DNA of 64,000 bases from assembly GCA_000708835.1 (NCBI GenBank), contig DF237155.1:1-64000 (forward strand), written 5' to 3'. The position numbers and the translations under genes were made by a program. Shown piece by piece: positions 1 to 10,900 of the stretch; position 1 is the stretch's first letter, and every line of letters starts with the position of its first letter. The notes beneath the pieces were generated by a model. The model was not told the DNA's origin. It saw nothing but the letters and a program-made list of their open reading frames with translations, and searched no databases. This DNA comes from Klebsormidium nitens (taxonomy: Eukaryota > Plantae > Klebsormidiophyceae).

Positions 1-365
1 CTTCAATCGACCTCTTAAGTCCTGATTGATTGCACACCTTTTCATAGCTTCCACCTGTATTTGCTCAACAATTGACGTACCTCCTCTGCAGTCCGCTCAC
101 TAGACGCCGACGACTTCCCCCCCATCGAAACCCTCGCGACTGCAAAAACCTCGCTGCCGACAGCGTGTTGGAGAGTTGAGGCAGGGTTGGCATCGAGGGT
201 TACAGAGGTGAGAGGTGCCGACTGGGCAGATACGTGTCTGCGAGGAAGGTGCTTCTGTTGGACTGTGCCCCCTTATCACGTTAGATTGTGGCATCCACTG
301 CGCCTGTACCTGTCAAACCTTGCCAACACGCAATATTCTACTCAATTGTTGTTTCCCTTCTTCAG

Positions 366-814
366 ACGATCAACTACCTGAAAGGGACGTTGCCTACCGA
401 ACTCGACTTGTACCCTGGGAATGTGGAGTTGCTACAAAGCTACTCAACTGATGTTATTCAGGTAAAGTAGCCTCCCCATGGGCGTCTATGCACGTCCACT
501 TGTGAATGGGGACGAGACAGTAGTGATTCTGTTACCTCTTATCTCATGTTGGTGTGATGGGTTCCTGAGAGCAGAGGTTTCGATGTTTGTTGGTTGCTGT
601 TCGTCCAACTGCGAGCAGAGCCTTCAGCTGACGTTGTTTCTTGAATCGGCAGATGTACAAGTCGTTTGCCATCTCTAGTCCGGGCAACACGGCTGACAGT
701 GAGCTCATAGCAGCGAAAGTTGAGCGGAGTTTGGGATCTGATTCGTCAAAAGTTGCGAGTGAAGACAAAGAGTTGCTCATGCTTGTTGTGAACGCCCTCA
801 ATTGTCTTCTGTAG
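366..814 (+). CDS. 3' end of an unknown multi-exon gene (hypothetical protein; the start lies upstream or outside the window)
   Basis: Two phase-0-compatible exons: 366..461 (ttcag|ACG...CAG|gtaaag; TINYLKGTLPTELDLYPGNVELLQSYSTDVIQ) and 653..814 (ggcag|ATG...TAG; MYKSFAISSPGNTADSELIAAKVERSLGSDSSKVASEDKELLMLVVNALNCLL*). No family recognised. Confidence 0.4.
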
Positions 815-1926
815 CCACTTGCTTTTACTGTTACATTCAGCAATCGAGGACCGTCCAAAGTTGTCCTGGTTATAGTGTTCAGGTAAATATTTGTTACTTG
901 TGTTTGTGAGCTGAAAGACGTCGCAGCCAAGACCGTCAGCTGTCATGCACTGTGCATTGCCCCTGAAAGCCTCGTTGGGATTTGTGCATGCCAATATTTG
1001 GTTCCAGGCAAAACTACAGTTTCGCTCATGTGCGACGGCGTGAATACGTTGACAAACTTTATAACAAAGCATTTACAAATCAGTCCTTCATACCGGCTTG
1101 TTTGTGAGTCATCCACCTAGAGATGTGGATTGTAGATCCCGTTCAATGCGGATGCGGTCCAAGGCATGTGCAATCATAGCGAGGTTTGAAAACCGGTCGC
1201 CACATGAGCTTTGCTATATTTTCTGTACGTTATGGTATAGCCCCGTTTGCACGCTCAAGTGTCCGATTCCGTTTGCCACGACTGTGGAACTTACCGCCAC
1301 AAGGGGCGTGAGTGTCACATTTGATACTCTGCCAGCGAATCTACGTATCATACAGTGCTTGCGGCCATGCAGAATGCAATGACTCCAACATGTGTCAACA
1401 GCTGTGTAGCGGAGCGAGGTTTGCTGTACAAGGACGGTCTAACCAGAGCAAAAGCCGCGATCACAGTGTTCGCGCACGTACTAGCTAGTGGGCCAGCGCA
1501 CGCAGACATTAGAAAGTCATTGTTGCGAAGAGTGGTGTGAACCTCAGCACGGCAGCTCAAGAGGCCGATAGCCTAGCCACGTTGGCCATGCGCATCTTCA
1601 ATCCAAGAAGCACCTGTCACTTGTAGAGACTGGACAACGATCTTGTGTTTGCGTGCTTGAAGCAAGATATATTGCTGCTTATAGGTCTGCATCTTACATG
1701 GCTGCGTACAAGATCCTACTTCAAACGTTTTTATCCCTGCCTGCTTTGTACGTGACTCTGTGAAGTTGGCAACTGCCTTAGCGGGCTCATAAAGGATTTA
1801 ATTGATCCCTTCATCGTCAAGATTCCTTCCTGCACGGAAGCGATTCAGATTCTGACTCAGAAAGTTTGCAAGATCGCGTGCAAGGAACGCTGCACTGCCG
1901 AATGATCGCATTGATAAGGCCACTTG

Positions 1927-4900
1927 CTAATGGATTGGAGGAAGGCACGAATGCCTGATCGAGCGCTCCTTTTCAGGATACCTCATTGGAAACGAATCAT
2001 TCCAAGCAAAACCGAGGTACTCAAGTAAAAGGGCACTGTCAGAAGCATCGGCTTCAGGAAAGCCCTGATTTAGAAGAGAGAGTCGTCCTGAGTGTCCATG
2101 TTTTGGGTTCTTAAGGGTACTGAAAGTCACATCCAGACGATTGGTGGAACAAATGAGAATCACATCGTAGAACCCACTCACTGCAACGTGCTCTCCTGCA
2201 GAGTGGATCTAGTGCGGAGATCATAATCCCCACCCTCACCGGCAATCAGGAAGTGGCCGGTCAGGACCAGTGCGCAGGGCCAGCCCGAGTCCGCGAGCTG
2301 CCGCCCGAGCGTGCCCGCACCGTCGCCGTCTGCCGCTGTCAGATGACGAAGGCACGGCAGGTGGCGCCGCGCCGCAAGCACGTAGTGCCGCCCCAGTCGG
2401 TCCGCCGCAACCTGCAGCAGAGCGGACACCAAAATGAGCGGAGTACAGTATGGAAGTAAAGAACAGTGGGTCCAACAAGTCAGTGAAAGGCTCAAGCATT
2501 GTCACGTCAGGAGTGCTTAAGCGGAGCGAGAATTACATGTCTTGTGTCTAACCAAACTGAGATCCTCATCGTGAGCTGCGACCGATTGTGTGCTTACATC
2601 TTGAACGAGCTCCGGCCCACCCACCAGCCAGTATGCCTGCAAAGTCGAACCTTTCAGTCAGGAGCACGAGGGCGTAACAAGGGAGCGCAATTCACCATTC
2701 CATTCGTTCCAATAAGCAAGCAGTCTGAGAAGAAGTCGCAAGTCGGCACAAATGCGAGGCCAGTTACACATTGTCTTGTAAGCTTAGCGTCTCCGTTTTC
2801 ATGAAAAAGCGGACCGGCAGCCATGCAGCTGCCACAGTGCAGAATTGGCACAGTCAGACAAAATGCAAGCTAGTGACCTGGCTATCCACGTCCTGAACCG
2901 GAACAGCTAGCCACCGCGGCCGCACGGCGCTCCCTTCCCCGAGCGCCTGTTCGCGCAACCGGCGAAATGCGGCAGGCTGCGCCCACGCAGCATACGCCCC
3001 TGGGCTCGGCTGCGCGAAAGGATCCATCAGTACTACCAAGTCCGTCAAAGCGGCGTCCAGAGCCACCTCCAGCAACAGCCCCGCCGGACACCCTGTGACG
3101 TCTTTAGGCGTCCGAAGCCAGTTGGACTGCCCCCTCCCAAACGTCTGTTCCCAGTCGAAGTCGTCAATCCCGGCGCCCGGGGGAGTGCTCGTCAGCAATG
3201 ACACGTCCAGTCGGGCCCTTCCCCCGGCCTCTGCCTCCCGGAACAAGTGCCGGAGCGCCGCCAGCTGACCGCTCTTATTAGAAGGCCCCAGGCAGAAGCC
3301 CAGGGACATCACGCCGGGCCACGCGCGCAGCAGCCGCCGCAGGAGCCCCAGCTGGGCCGCCGTCGCGTACGTCACCAGGGTGACGTCATGCGAGTGACGT
3401 GGCAGCCGGCTCCGGAAGTACCCGGTTTTGAACCAGTACTGTGCCCCCGGGGAGCCCTCCGAAGGCTGCTGCATGCAGGCCCGGGGCGGGGCGGGGACCC
3501 GGAAGTCGAGCAGGGCGGCCAACCTGCGGACAACGCTCCCTTCCTCCCGATCCTCCCCTAGTGATTGCATTCCGCCTTCCGCAGCTCTCCGCCATGTGTC
3601 AAAGCGAGCGACCGCCAGCTGGCTGCCAGCTTCGTCCTCGGGCCGCGAGAGCGCGGCAAGCTGTCCGAAGCCGACGTAGTGCACGTCCGCAGGGCCGCTC
3701 TGCGCGATGGACCGACTGAAGGTGGACCACCGGTTGCCCACCAACACCTCGGCGTTCTGGCACACCAGGCGGTCTAAGATAACCGGGGGCAGCCAGCCCG
3801 GCAGCCCGGTGGTTTCCCCCGGGAGCGCTTCGAGGTCGAGCCAGTCGAAGGCGTCGCCGAAGTGCAGGGCGAGCAGGTCCCGGTCGCCCTCGTTCGTTGC
3901 AATGTACAGGCGCTGACCCGGGGGCACCAGTGACGTGGCGTTCAGGAGGGCTGCCAGGTCGGCGAGGCGCGGGTAGCAGTTGCGGTAGGTGAAGGACGCG
4001 AAGAAGGGGATGCCGTAGGGGCCCCCCGGGTCGAGGCGGCGCTGGTCGCGGATCATGGCGCAGTAGCCCGCAAAGTCGCCGCGGCGCAGGTGCAGGCAGG
4101 TGAAGGGGGCCAGGCGGCGCACCGAGGCAGCGACCTAGAGAAATTGAGAAGGTTGCAAAAGCCGAAAAACAAGAGGGATTTCTTCGGGGACAAAGAAAGA
4201 TTGATTGACAATCGACGATCGACTTTGCCATCAGAAACTGACTGAATCGACCAACTGACATCTCAGCGTTGCCAAGCCGTTCCAACACTTCGTTCCCGGA
4301 CAGGCAATGAGCACGTTTCTGCGCAACAAGAGGCACTTCAGTCAGGGTGCTAGCCTCCATAATCATACGATCCAATCGAAACAGGTGCAAGGCCCGTGTT
4401 CCTGACCAGGAGTTACGAAGCAGTATCCATCGGTCGAAAAGTGACCAGGAACCAGTTTCAACAATCTGCTCCCCCCCTCACCTGCTCCACCACCTCGTCC
4501 CTGAACGGCCGGTGCACCCACGCCTGCAGCTGTCGGCGCACGGCATCATAGCGCCGCCCCTCGCCACTGCCGTCCTCGCCTTTCGCTTCCTGCCGCCACG
4601 CAGTGGCGAGAAAGCCGATGTCAAGGGCCAGCACGCGGTGCGCGGAGCAGCCCCCCAGTAGCAGCAGCATGGCGTGCCGGAACATTGCGACTGTCGGTAG
4701 CTCGACCTGCTGCGTCGCGTGACTCAGGAGCCTGTTCGCAGTGAGCCACGCATCGTCCTTCTCGCGCCCGCCGAACCGGTTGGACCAGTCGAAGCGGATC
4801 AGGCTGCGCAGGGGCCGCCCTTTCATCACGCTTTTCATGAAGTCTTTGTGCCGAATCGCCCGTACTTTTTCCCCCTTGTCGACGAGCCCACCCGACTTCT

Positions 4901-6965
4901 CCCCCTGTGCTTGACGTTCTGCTAAAGACGACTGTCGTTCTTGTACGGGAAAGAGCTTTCCAACGTCGAGCAGGCTCTCGACGTCAATGAAGGTTCCGTC
5001 TTTCTGCCGCAAGGGGGCTAAGACCAGCGTCCGGTTGAGAACGGTGGCCAGGGCTGCCATGTCGGCATATGCCAGCAGCTGGTTGCTGAGACCAAACTGG
5101 GGCGAGAAGAACAGAAACCGCTCTTCTTCTGAAGACACCCCTCCCTTGGCCCGCTTCCCTTCCACCCCTTGTGACTCCCGGTGCCCTGCTTGTGTCCAGT
5201 GGTCCAGTATGCACTGACTTGCCCCAGGGTATCCATACAGAGTTTGAGCCAGGGCCTGCCGGGCTGGGTCCCCCGACTGCAGGAGTGGGCGCATGGCCCA
5301 GCCAATTCCGCTGTAGAGCAGGCGCCCGGGGGAGAGCACCAGACGCAGGGAGGCGTCAAAGATGGGCAGCGCCGCAAAGGGAGGCAAGCCGGGCGGCCGC
5401 CCCGAAATCTGCTGACAAGTGCAGAGAGAGTGAGTCACGCCCCAGGATAACGCATCCAATGGCAGGACCACAAAGGACGTAGTTGACCCAAGGCATCGGA
5501 ACCAGGTTGAAAAGTCCATGTGAATGGCTTTTGCTCCCTTAACCTGGACCCTCAAATGCTCCGTGTAGATGTTGTTGCTCACATGCTCGGAGGTCTGGCT
5601 TGCCCTTCAACATCGACATAGTTCGTGTTTCTTGGGCCGGTGATTAGAAGATGACCCATAGCAAGCTTTCTGTATCCGTAATAGGTCCTGGCTGAGTGCT
5701 TACCTGCAACTGCCATTCCCCCTCCTGCAGAGGTGGGTGCAGCGCAAGCATGCCCCGCGCACACATCATCTCAGCTAGGTGGCGCCGCCAGCGCTGGCCC
5801 CCCGTTGGGCTGCCCGGGGCAGGGGGGAACTCAGAGTCCGGAATGATCTGCCAATGGCGGTGATACTCCTGAAACTGGCGCCAAGGGCCAGGGAAGAACG
5901 CACACCCTTCAAAGCAGGGGGCTTGAGCCAAGAAAGGCCCTGGAGGCGGAGCTGAGCCACTGGGGAAGGAGTCCTGCCATGGAATACACCCGCAGCTTGA
6001 GGTCAGAGATAATAGGAATGTTGCCAGGTGCTGATTGCCTCTGGAGGCTTCTTCTAGCTGGAAAAGACTTCCTGTCTACACACTTGCTCCAAAGCTGGAA
6101 TTTGGAAGGGGCCAGCACTGCAAGTAGCTCAAGCGTTCTTCAGCAAGAGAGGTCCAGTTTTGGTGTTGAATGCGCAATCAAGAGGTCCACCACTCACTCT
6201 GCGCAAAGCAGGCCCCAAGTACAGCCCTGCCAGGGCCTGGCCATCAGTGATGGCAGGCCCATATGCCCGCGTTGCTTGCAGCAGCCACAACACATCCCGC
6301 TTCTCAAAGATAACCGCTTCTGTCAGATACAGTGCCACCTCATCGTCCCGGCTGGCAGGCCACGAGAAAGGCAGGGAGTCGACCGCGTCGAATGTGGAGT
6401 CCCTCGCGACCACTTGCAAACTCCCTAAGGGCCATTCTAATTGTCGAGCGAAGCGCTCCAAATCGTTTGGCGACGCTGCAGAAGAATTGTCCACTTCTGT
6501 GCTTCCTAGATCCAAAATGATGCAGAGTGGAGCTCCAAGCACCACGCTCTCGAATGAGGCTCTCAGGGCTGCAAAACTGCTCTTTGCCCCCTCAAGCGTG
6601 TGCCATGAGACAAAGAGGTGCAATGCTGTTTGCGGCGAGGATTCAAGCAATGTGTGCCTCAACCCAGCTGTTTTCAGCTCAACAAAGCTGTCAGCCTGCT
6701 TCCTCCGGTCCCAAATGGCACCAGCAGTCTGAAATTTGGGCAAAGGGATGAAAAGTGCAGAGAACCCCAGAGCTATGATCACCAACAAAGCCCACCACCA
6801 GCATCGGAAGCGCGCCGTCCCTCTTCGATGGGCTTTCAGAGGCCTGCCATATACCTTGCTTCCCTGCATTGATCTCCGCGTTGCCAATGAGGTGGCAAGG
6901 GCGACAGCCAAATCCCCATTGCAAGTTGCATCAATTGGATTTGACGTGGGTGACCATATTGCCAT
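1927..6965 (-). CDS. Type II membrane multidomain glycosyltransferase: N-terminal GT-A-like domain + O-fucosyltransferase (POFUT/O-FucT-like) domain + C-terminal LARGE/GT49-like domain
   Basis: ATG at 6965 and a TM segment WWWALLVIIALGFSALFIP. Exons are about 6965..6198, 5973..5704, ~5594..4482 (possibly with an internal intron), 4134..2878, 2411..2240, plus an uncertain last exon near 2100..1927. O-FucT motifs: GLSNQ...A-LA-VLNRTLVL, CLHLRRGDF, LYIATNE, ILDRLVCQNAEVLVGNRWSTFS. GT49-like segment: DVTLVTY...LLRAWPGVMSLGFCL. The 3' end is uncertain. Confidence 0.75.
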
Positions 6966-7049
6966 TATTGGTGGTTGAGCCTCCAAAAGCATAGAGAGAC
7001 GATGAGTATAGGTTATAAACTATTTTAGCGCATCTCGTTACATCCAGTT

Positions 7050-7121
7050 GTCGATGTAGTATAATGGTCAGTATCACCGCCTGTCACGCGGTAGATCCGG
7101 GTTCGATCCCCGGCATCGGCG
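7050..7121 (+). tRNA. trnD-GUC: tRNA-Asp (anticodon GUC), intronless
   Basis: GTCGATGTAGTATAATGGTCAGTATCACCGCCTGTCACGCGGTAGATCCGGGTTCGATCCCCGGCATCGGCG folds to a full cloverleaf: acceptor GTCGATG/CATCGGC, anticodon stem ACCGC/GCGGT, T arm CCGGG-TTCGATC-CCCGG. It closely resembles plant cytosolic tRNA-Asp. There is an upstream TATAAA at 7014-7019 and a downstream T-run near 7157-7165. Confidence 0.97.
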
Positions 7122-7995
7122 ATGGAGGTGTCAAGCCCTCACCCAAAGCTGAAGATTTCTTTTTGTTCTGCTCCCATTTAGGAGCAGCCCTGTCTGTGCA
7201 AGTTGAGCCTCAATTATCACCTACTTTTGATAGCATGTGCTTCGGACCAACCTGAGTCCTTTGTATCTGTGATATATGTAGCTTTAATGCAATCGCGAGG
7301 AAGATGTTTCCATCTTCAGAATCAAAGCCTTGGATGTTCACAGATGTTGTTTAACGTGCAACTACATGAATCAATCGGACTGGCAAGAGTGCACACAACG
7401 AAAGATTCATGCGTGCACACACCGGGATTAAAAGTCAAGTACGAGTGATACCTGAAGCAATACTTCTGCATGCATTGGAACCGTATCTAGACAAATACAC
7501 CATCATAGCACTACTAGCTAGCCACCTCGTGTGCTTGCATTTGAAGGCCCAGTTGCCGGGTTTCAGCTTGACTATGGCAAATCAGATGAACAGTTTGGCA
7601 ACCTGATAATAAGAAGCATGAGCTAGTTTGTGGCCAGACGATTGCAAAGCCCTAGACTGCTCCATGTGCGTATTCAGTGTGGTAAATTCGCGGTCAATTC
7701 TGTGGTCAATTGGCCTCTTGTTGTTAAAACCAACCAAATGATTGAAGATCTGGTTGGCCGAACGTAAAATACCTTCGCCTACATGCGGATTTGCCCAGGA
7801 TAAGAACCAACTCGAAGACCAACTCGGGTTCCCTTTACAGTCCAATTTCGATCTATCAACATGTGTTACGTGATACCAGCAAATGCTCTAGCGCATGGTC
7901 TTCGTTGCTCTGCTAATACTCAATTCCTCAGAAGCATGTGAGTAACTTTGATGAGCTTGCTAGGTCATACGACAGCTTTTCTATCTAACTTTTGG

Positions 7996-10900
7996 TTAAG
8001 CTAAAGCTTCTTCGATGATCTCTTTAACCTCCAATGTGTGTATGTCGAAGGCCCCTGTTGCTGCCGAGGCGGAGGGTGATCGGCCAATGTACCGAACTTC
8101 ACGGCCAACACTGCTTTTTGACTGCTCCAAATGGTGCCCGCTTTGGGGTTCGGGCAATAGGTCCCGCAAGGCCGTCGCTATTCGTGGCTGGACGTACGTC
8201 CATGCACCACGATTCTTTGGCTCCTCCTGAGAAATCATAGGAAAGGGGATGAAAAGATATGAGAAGAAGCAACTCGACCAAGGGCGACCGCAGGTGAGCT
8301 CCAAGTGTGTGGGGCGCTTGGATCGAGCAAGAATTGGTGCAGCGCTTCATCTTCGATTGCTGGACATCCAATATTTCAGGGACCCGCCCAGCGACGCCGC
8401 TCACTTACGAATCTTCTCTATTCCTGCAAGGAGCCCCTCAACCGAAGTTGGTGACACATGCAAAACAAATCAATGCAGATTGACTCACTTGAACCCAACA
8501 CAACTCGGCGTTCGGATATTGGCTGATCCGCTTGGCCACCCGATCGAAGGGGAAGGGCGCAATCTGCTCCAACCGCAGCAGCGCCACGTCTTTGACGCCG
8601 CGCCCCCGCCGAGCGTGCGCCAGAAGGTAGTACACCTGGGAGGGCGGAAACGGCAGAATTTTTGAGCGGCTTCGAAGCAAGGATGGAGGTTCAAAGCCGA
8701 TGCGAAAGCTGGGGCACTCGATAGGTAAGCAAACAGACTATCTGCAAAAGCTGTAACGCCAGAAAACTCACAGCGGCCTCCGTCGAAGGAGGAGCGCTGC
8801 TTTTCGAGCAGAGTCATCAGAGCCACTTGGTTAAGAGTCCACGTCATTCAAAAACGGCTGTGGGGATCCGATCGTGCCAGTGTGGCAGGTTCGTCGAGTT
8901 TAACACAGTTCTTTAACGACTTTAACAGAGTTCTAAGCGGACTAATTGTTGGCGCGATCGAGTCTAAGATGACTACATTCCGATGTGATGGGGACCTCAT
9001 AGTGTGCGAATAACACGAGCATGTATGCCCGCAAGACTCTGCGAGGCCGTTCGTTGATCAGCGCGCCCACCTTGCCGCTGCACAGAATGACCCTTCTGAC
9101 TTTCTCTTTCGGCATGAAGTCGGGGGCCAGGCCCACGTTGTCCGCTGTGTCGCCGTCCGCAATCAGCCGCCTGCACGTGCCACGTCATCGGGATCACACT
9201 TTCGGGATGTGACCAGAGCAAGCTGCTTCGTAGAGAAAGCGTCTGAGAGCATGCCCCTTGCTAAGTAGTACTGCCGGGTCTCTCCTAAATCTGCGCTCGC
9301 ACTAGTGAACCCAACGGAAACCAAGGGCTGAACATGATAGTGCCTGGACGGCCGCACCTGAAGTAGGCCCCTGTCGCCATGTCCGCGAGACTGGAGGTGC
9401 AGGCCCGGTGGTGGAGCAGGTACTGCAAATCGGTAGACGGGCATCAGCGGGCTGGCGCGACTGAGCATTGACTGTCCGATTCTGTCATTGATTATGCAGC
9501 CCGCAGCAAAGTAACAGGAGAGTCCTCTGGTGCTGCTCAGCGCAGGGCACGAAACGGCGGTGAAAGATGAAGAAGGCCTGCACTCACCTTCGGAGCCATG
9601 CATATGAGCGGTTTCGAAAAATACCGGTTCACCTGCAAAGCAAACGTCTGCTTCAACGATGCGCGATACTACAGTGAGGTGCCCCCTAAAGCCAGGATGC
9701 CGATACTAAATAAGCAGCCCCCTGAACGGCTACACCGAAATACACATCACTGAAGAACCCAAGAACAATGGACTCAATCCTACGGCTTACTTTACGTTCG
9801 GAGCCGTTCACGGGAGGACCTCAATCAGGTCTGCACAGGAGTCATGCTCTCAAACGGATCGGCAGAGCCCAATTGACTTCGCCTCGGGGACTCTCCACGC
9901 AGGGTGGGACTCACCTGGCGCCGCAGCGCATGGAAGATCTGGGAGGGGGTGCTGGCGTTTATAACACACCTGAAAAGAAAATTAACCTCTTTCAGGATTA
10001 GCAAGACTTCTTCGCATTGCCGCAGGTTGCGAAACTGTCCGGCGGCTTGATGATCCGAAGCAGCGCAGTCCTGTGCAGAAGCACGAGGGATTTGGAGCAG
10101 GTATCGCTGCAGTTCGAGAAGGCGGCTCCTCGGAAAAGATTAAAGGTCACAATCGCAAAGGCTCACAAGTTATGATCCTTCTCCGCGTTTCGTCGCAGCC
10201 ACTGCGCCATGACCAGGTTCCAGTCGTCTCTGCAGGGAGGCGAAGAGTGGCCCGTCAGAACGTAAGGGCCCTCCGGATCCTCGACAGCGTCAGACACTTA
10301 GCTTCGTAGAAAAATGTCGCACCAAATTGCTGCAGAAAACGGCAGGGACGTCGCATACAGGACATGTTCCCGGCTCTCGTCAGCTGCTACTGGTGAAAGT
10401 TGCGAGTAAGAAACCAAACAAGCTGCGCCTCACTTGTGCAGTCGGTTGGCCTTTGGGATGTCCAGCTCCTGCATCAGCACCTCCGCCTTCTCGCTGGTCA
10501 CGCCCCGGAACTTCCGCATGAACGCCAGCAGGTCCGCCTGCGTCACGTACCCCCGCCCGCCTGCACCCATGCCCCCAACCCTAAGATTCGCTGGCCCTGC
10601 TTGCCAGGTAACACGCATCTTCATCCTTTTAGGCACAGCGAAAGAGGATACGCGATAGACTTACTACAGCCCAAGGTTGCTTGTTCTTTGCGAAGGGCAT
10701 CCAATTCAGAACAACTGTACCCACTTGTGTCCGCGGCTGCAAAACCAGCTTCCATCTCTGCGCGGTGCGCGGGCCCGAGCCCCGGGAGGTGGTCGGGGTC
10801 GTCGTTGGCCAGCTGCAGGAAGCGCTCCAGGTACCCGCTACTGTGGTCGGGGCCCTGCACCGGGGTCCCAAGCCACGTGAAGCTTTGCAACCAGCGAACC

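Noticed and set aside
366-461. LRR-like NYLKGTLPTEL suggesting a receptor kinase
   Set aside because: It is a single partial match with no neighbouring LRR units.
1260-1540. Possible SF1/Pif1 helicase motifs (PIPFATT...GVS; LLYKDGLTRAK) hinting at a Helitron relic
   Set aside because: The motifs are in different frames, the spacing is wrong, and no other helicase or Rep motifs are present. The similarity is too weak.
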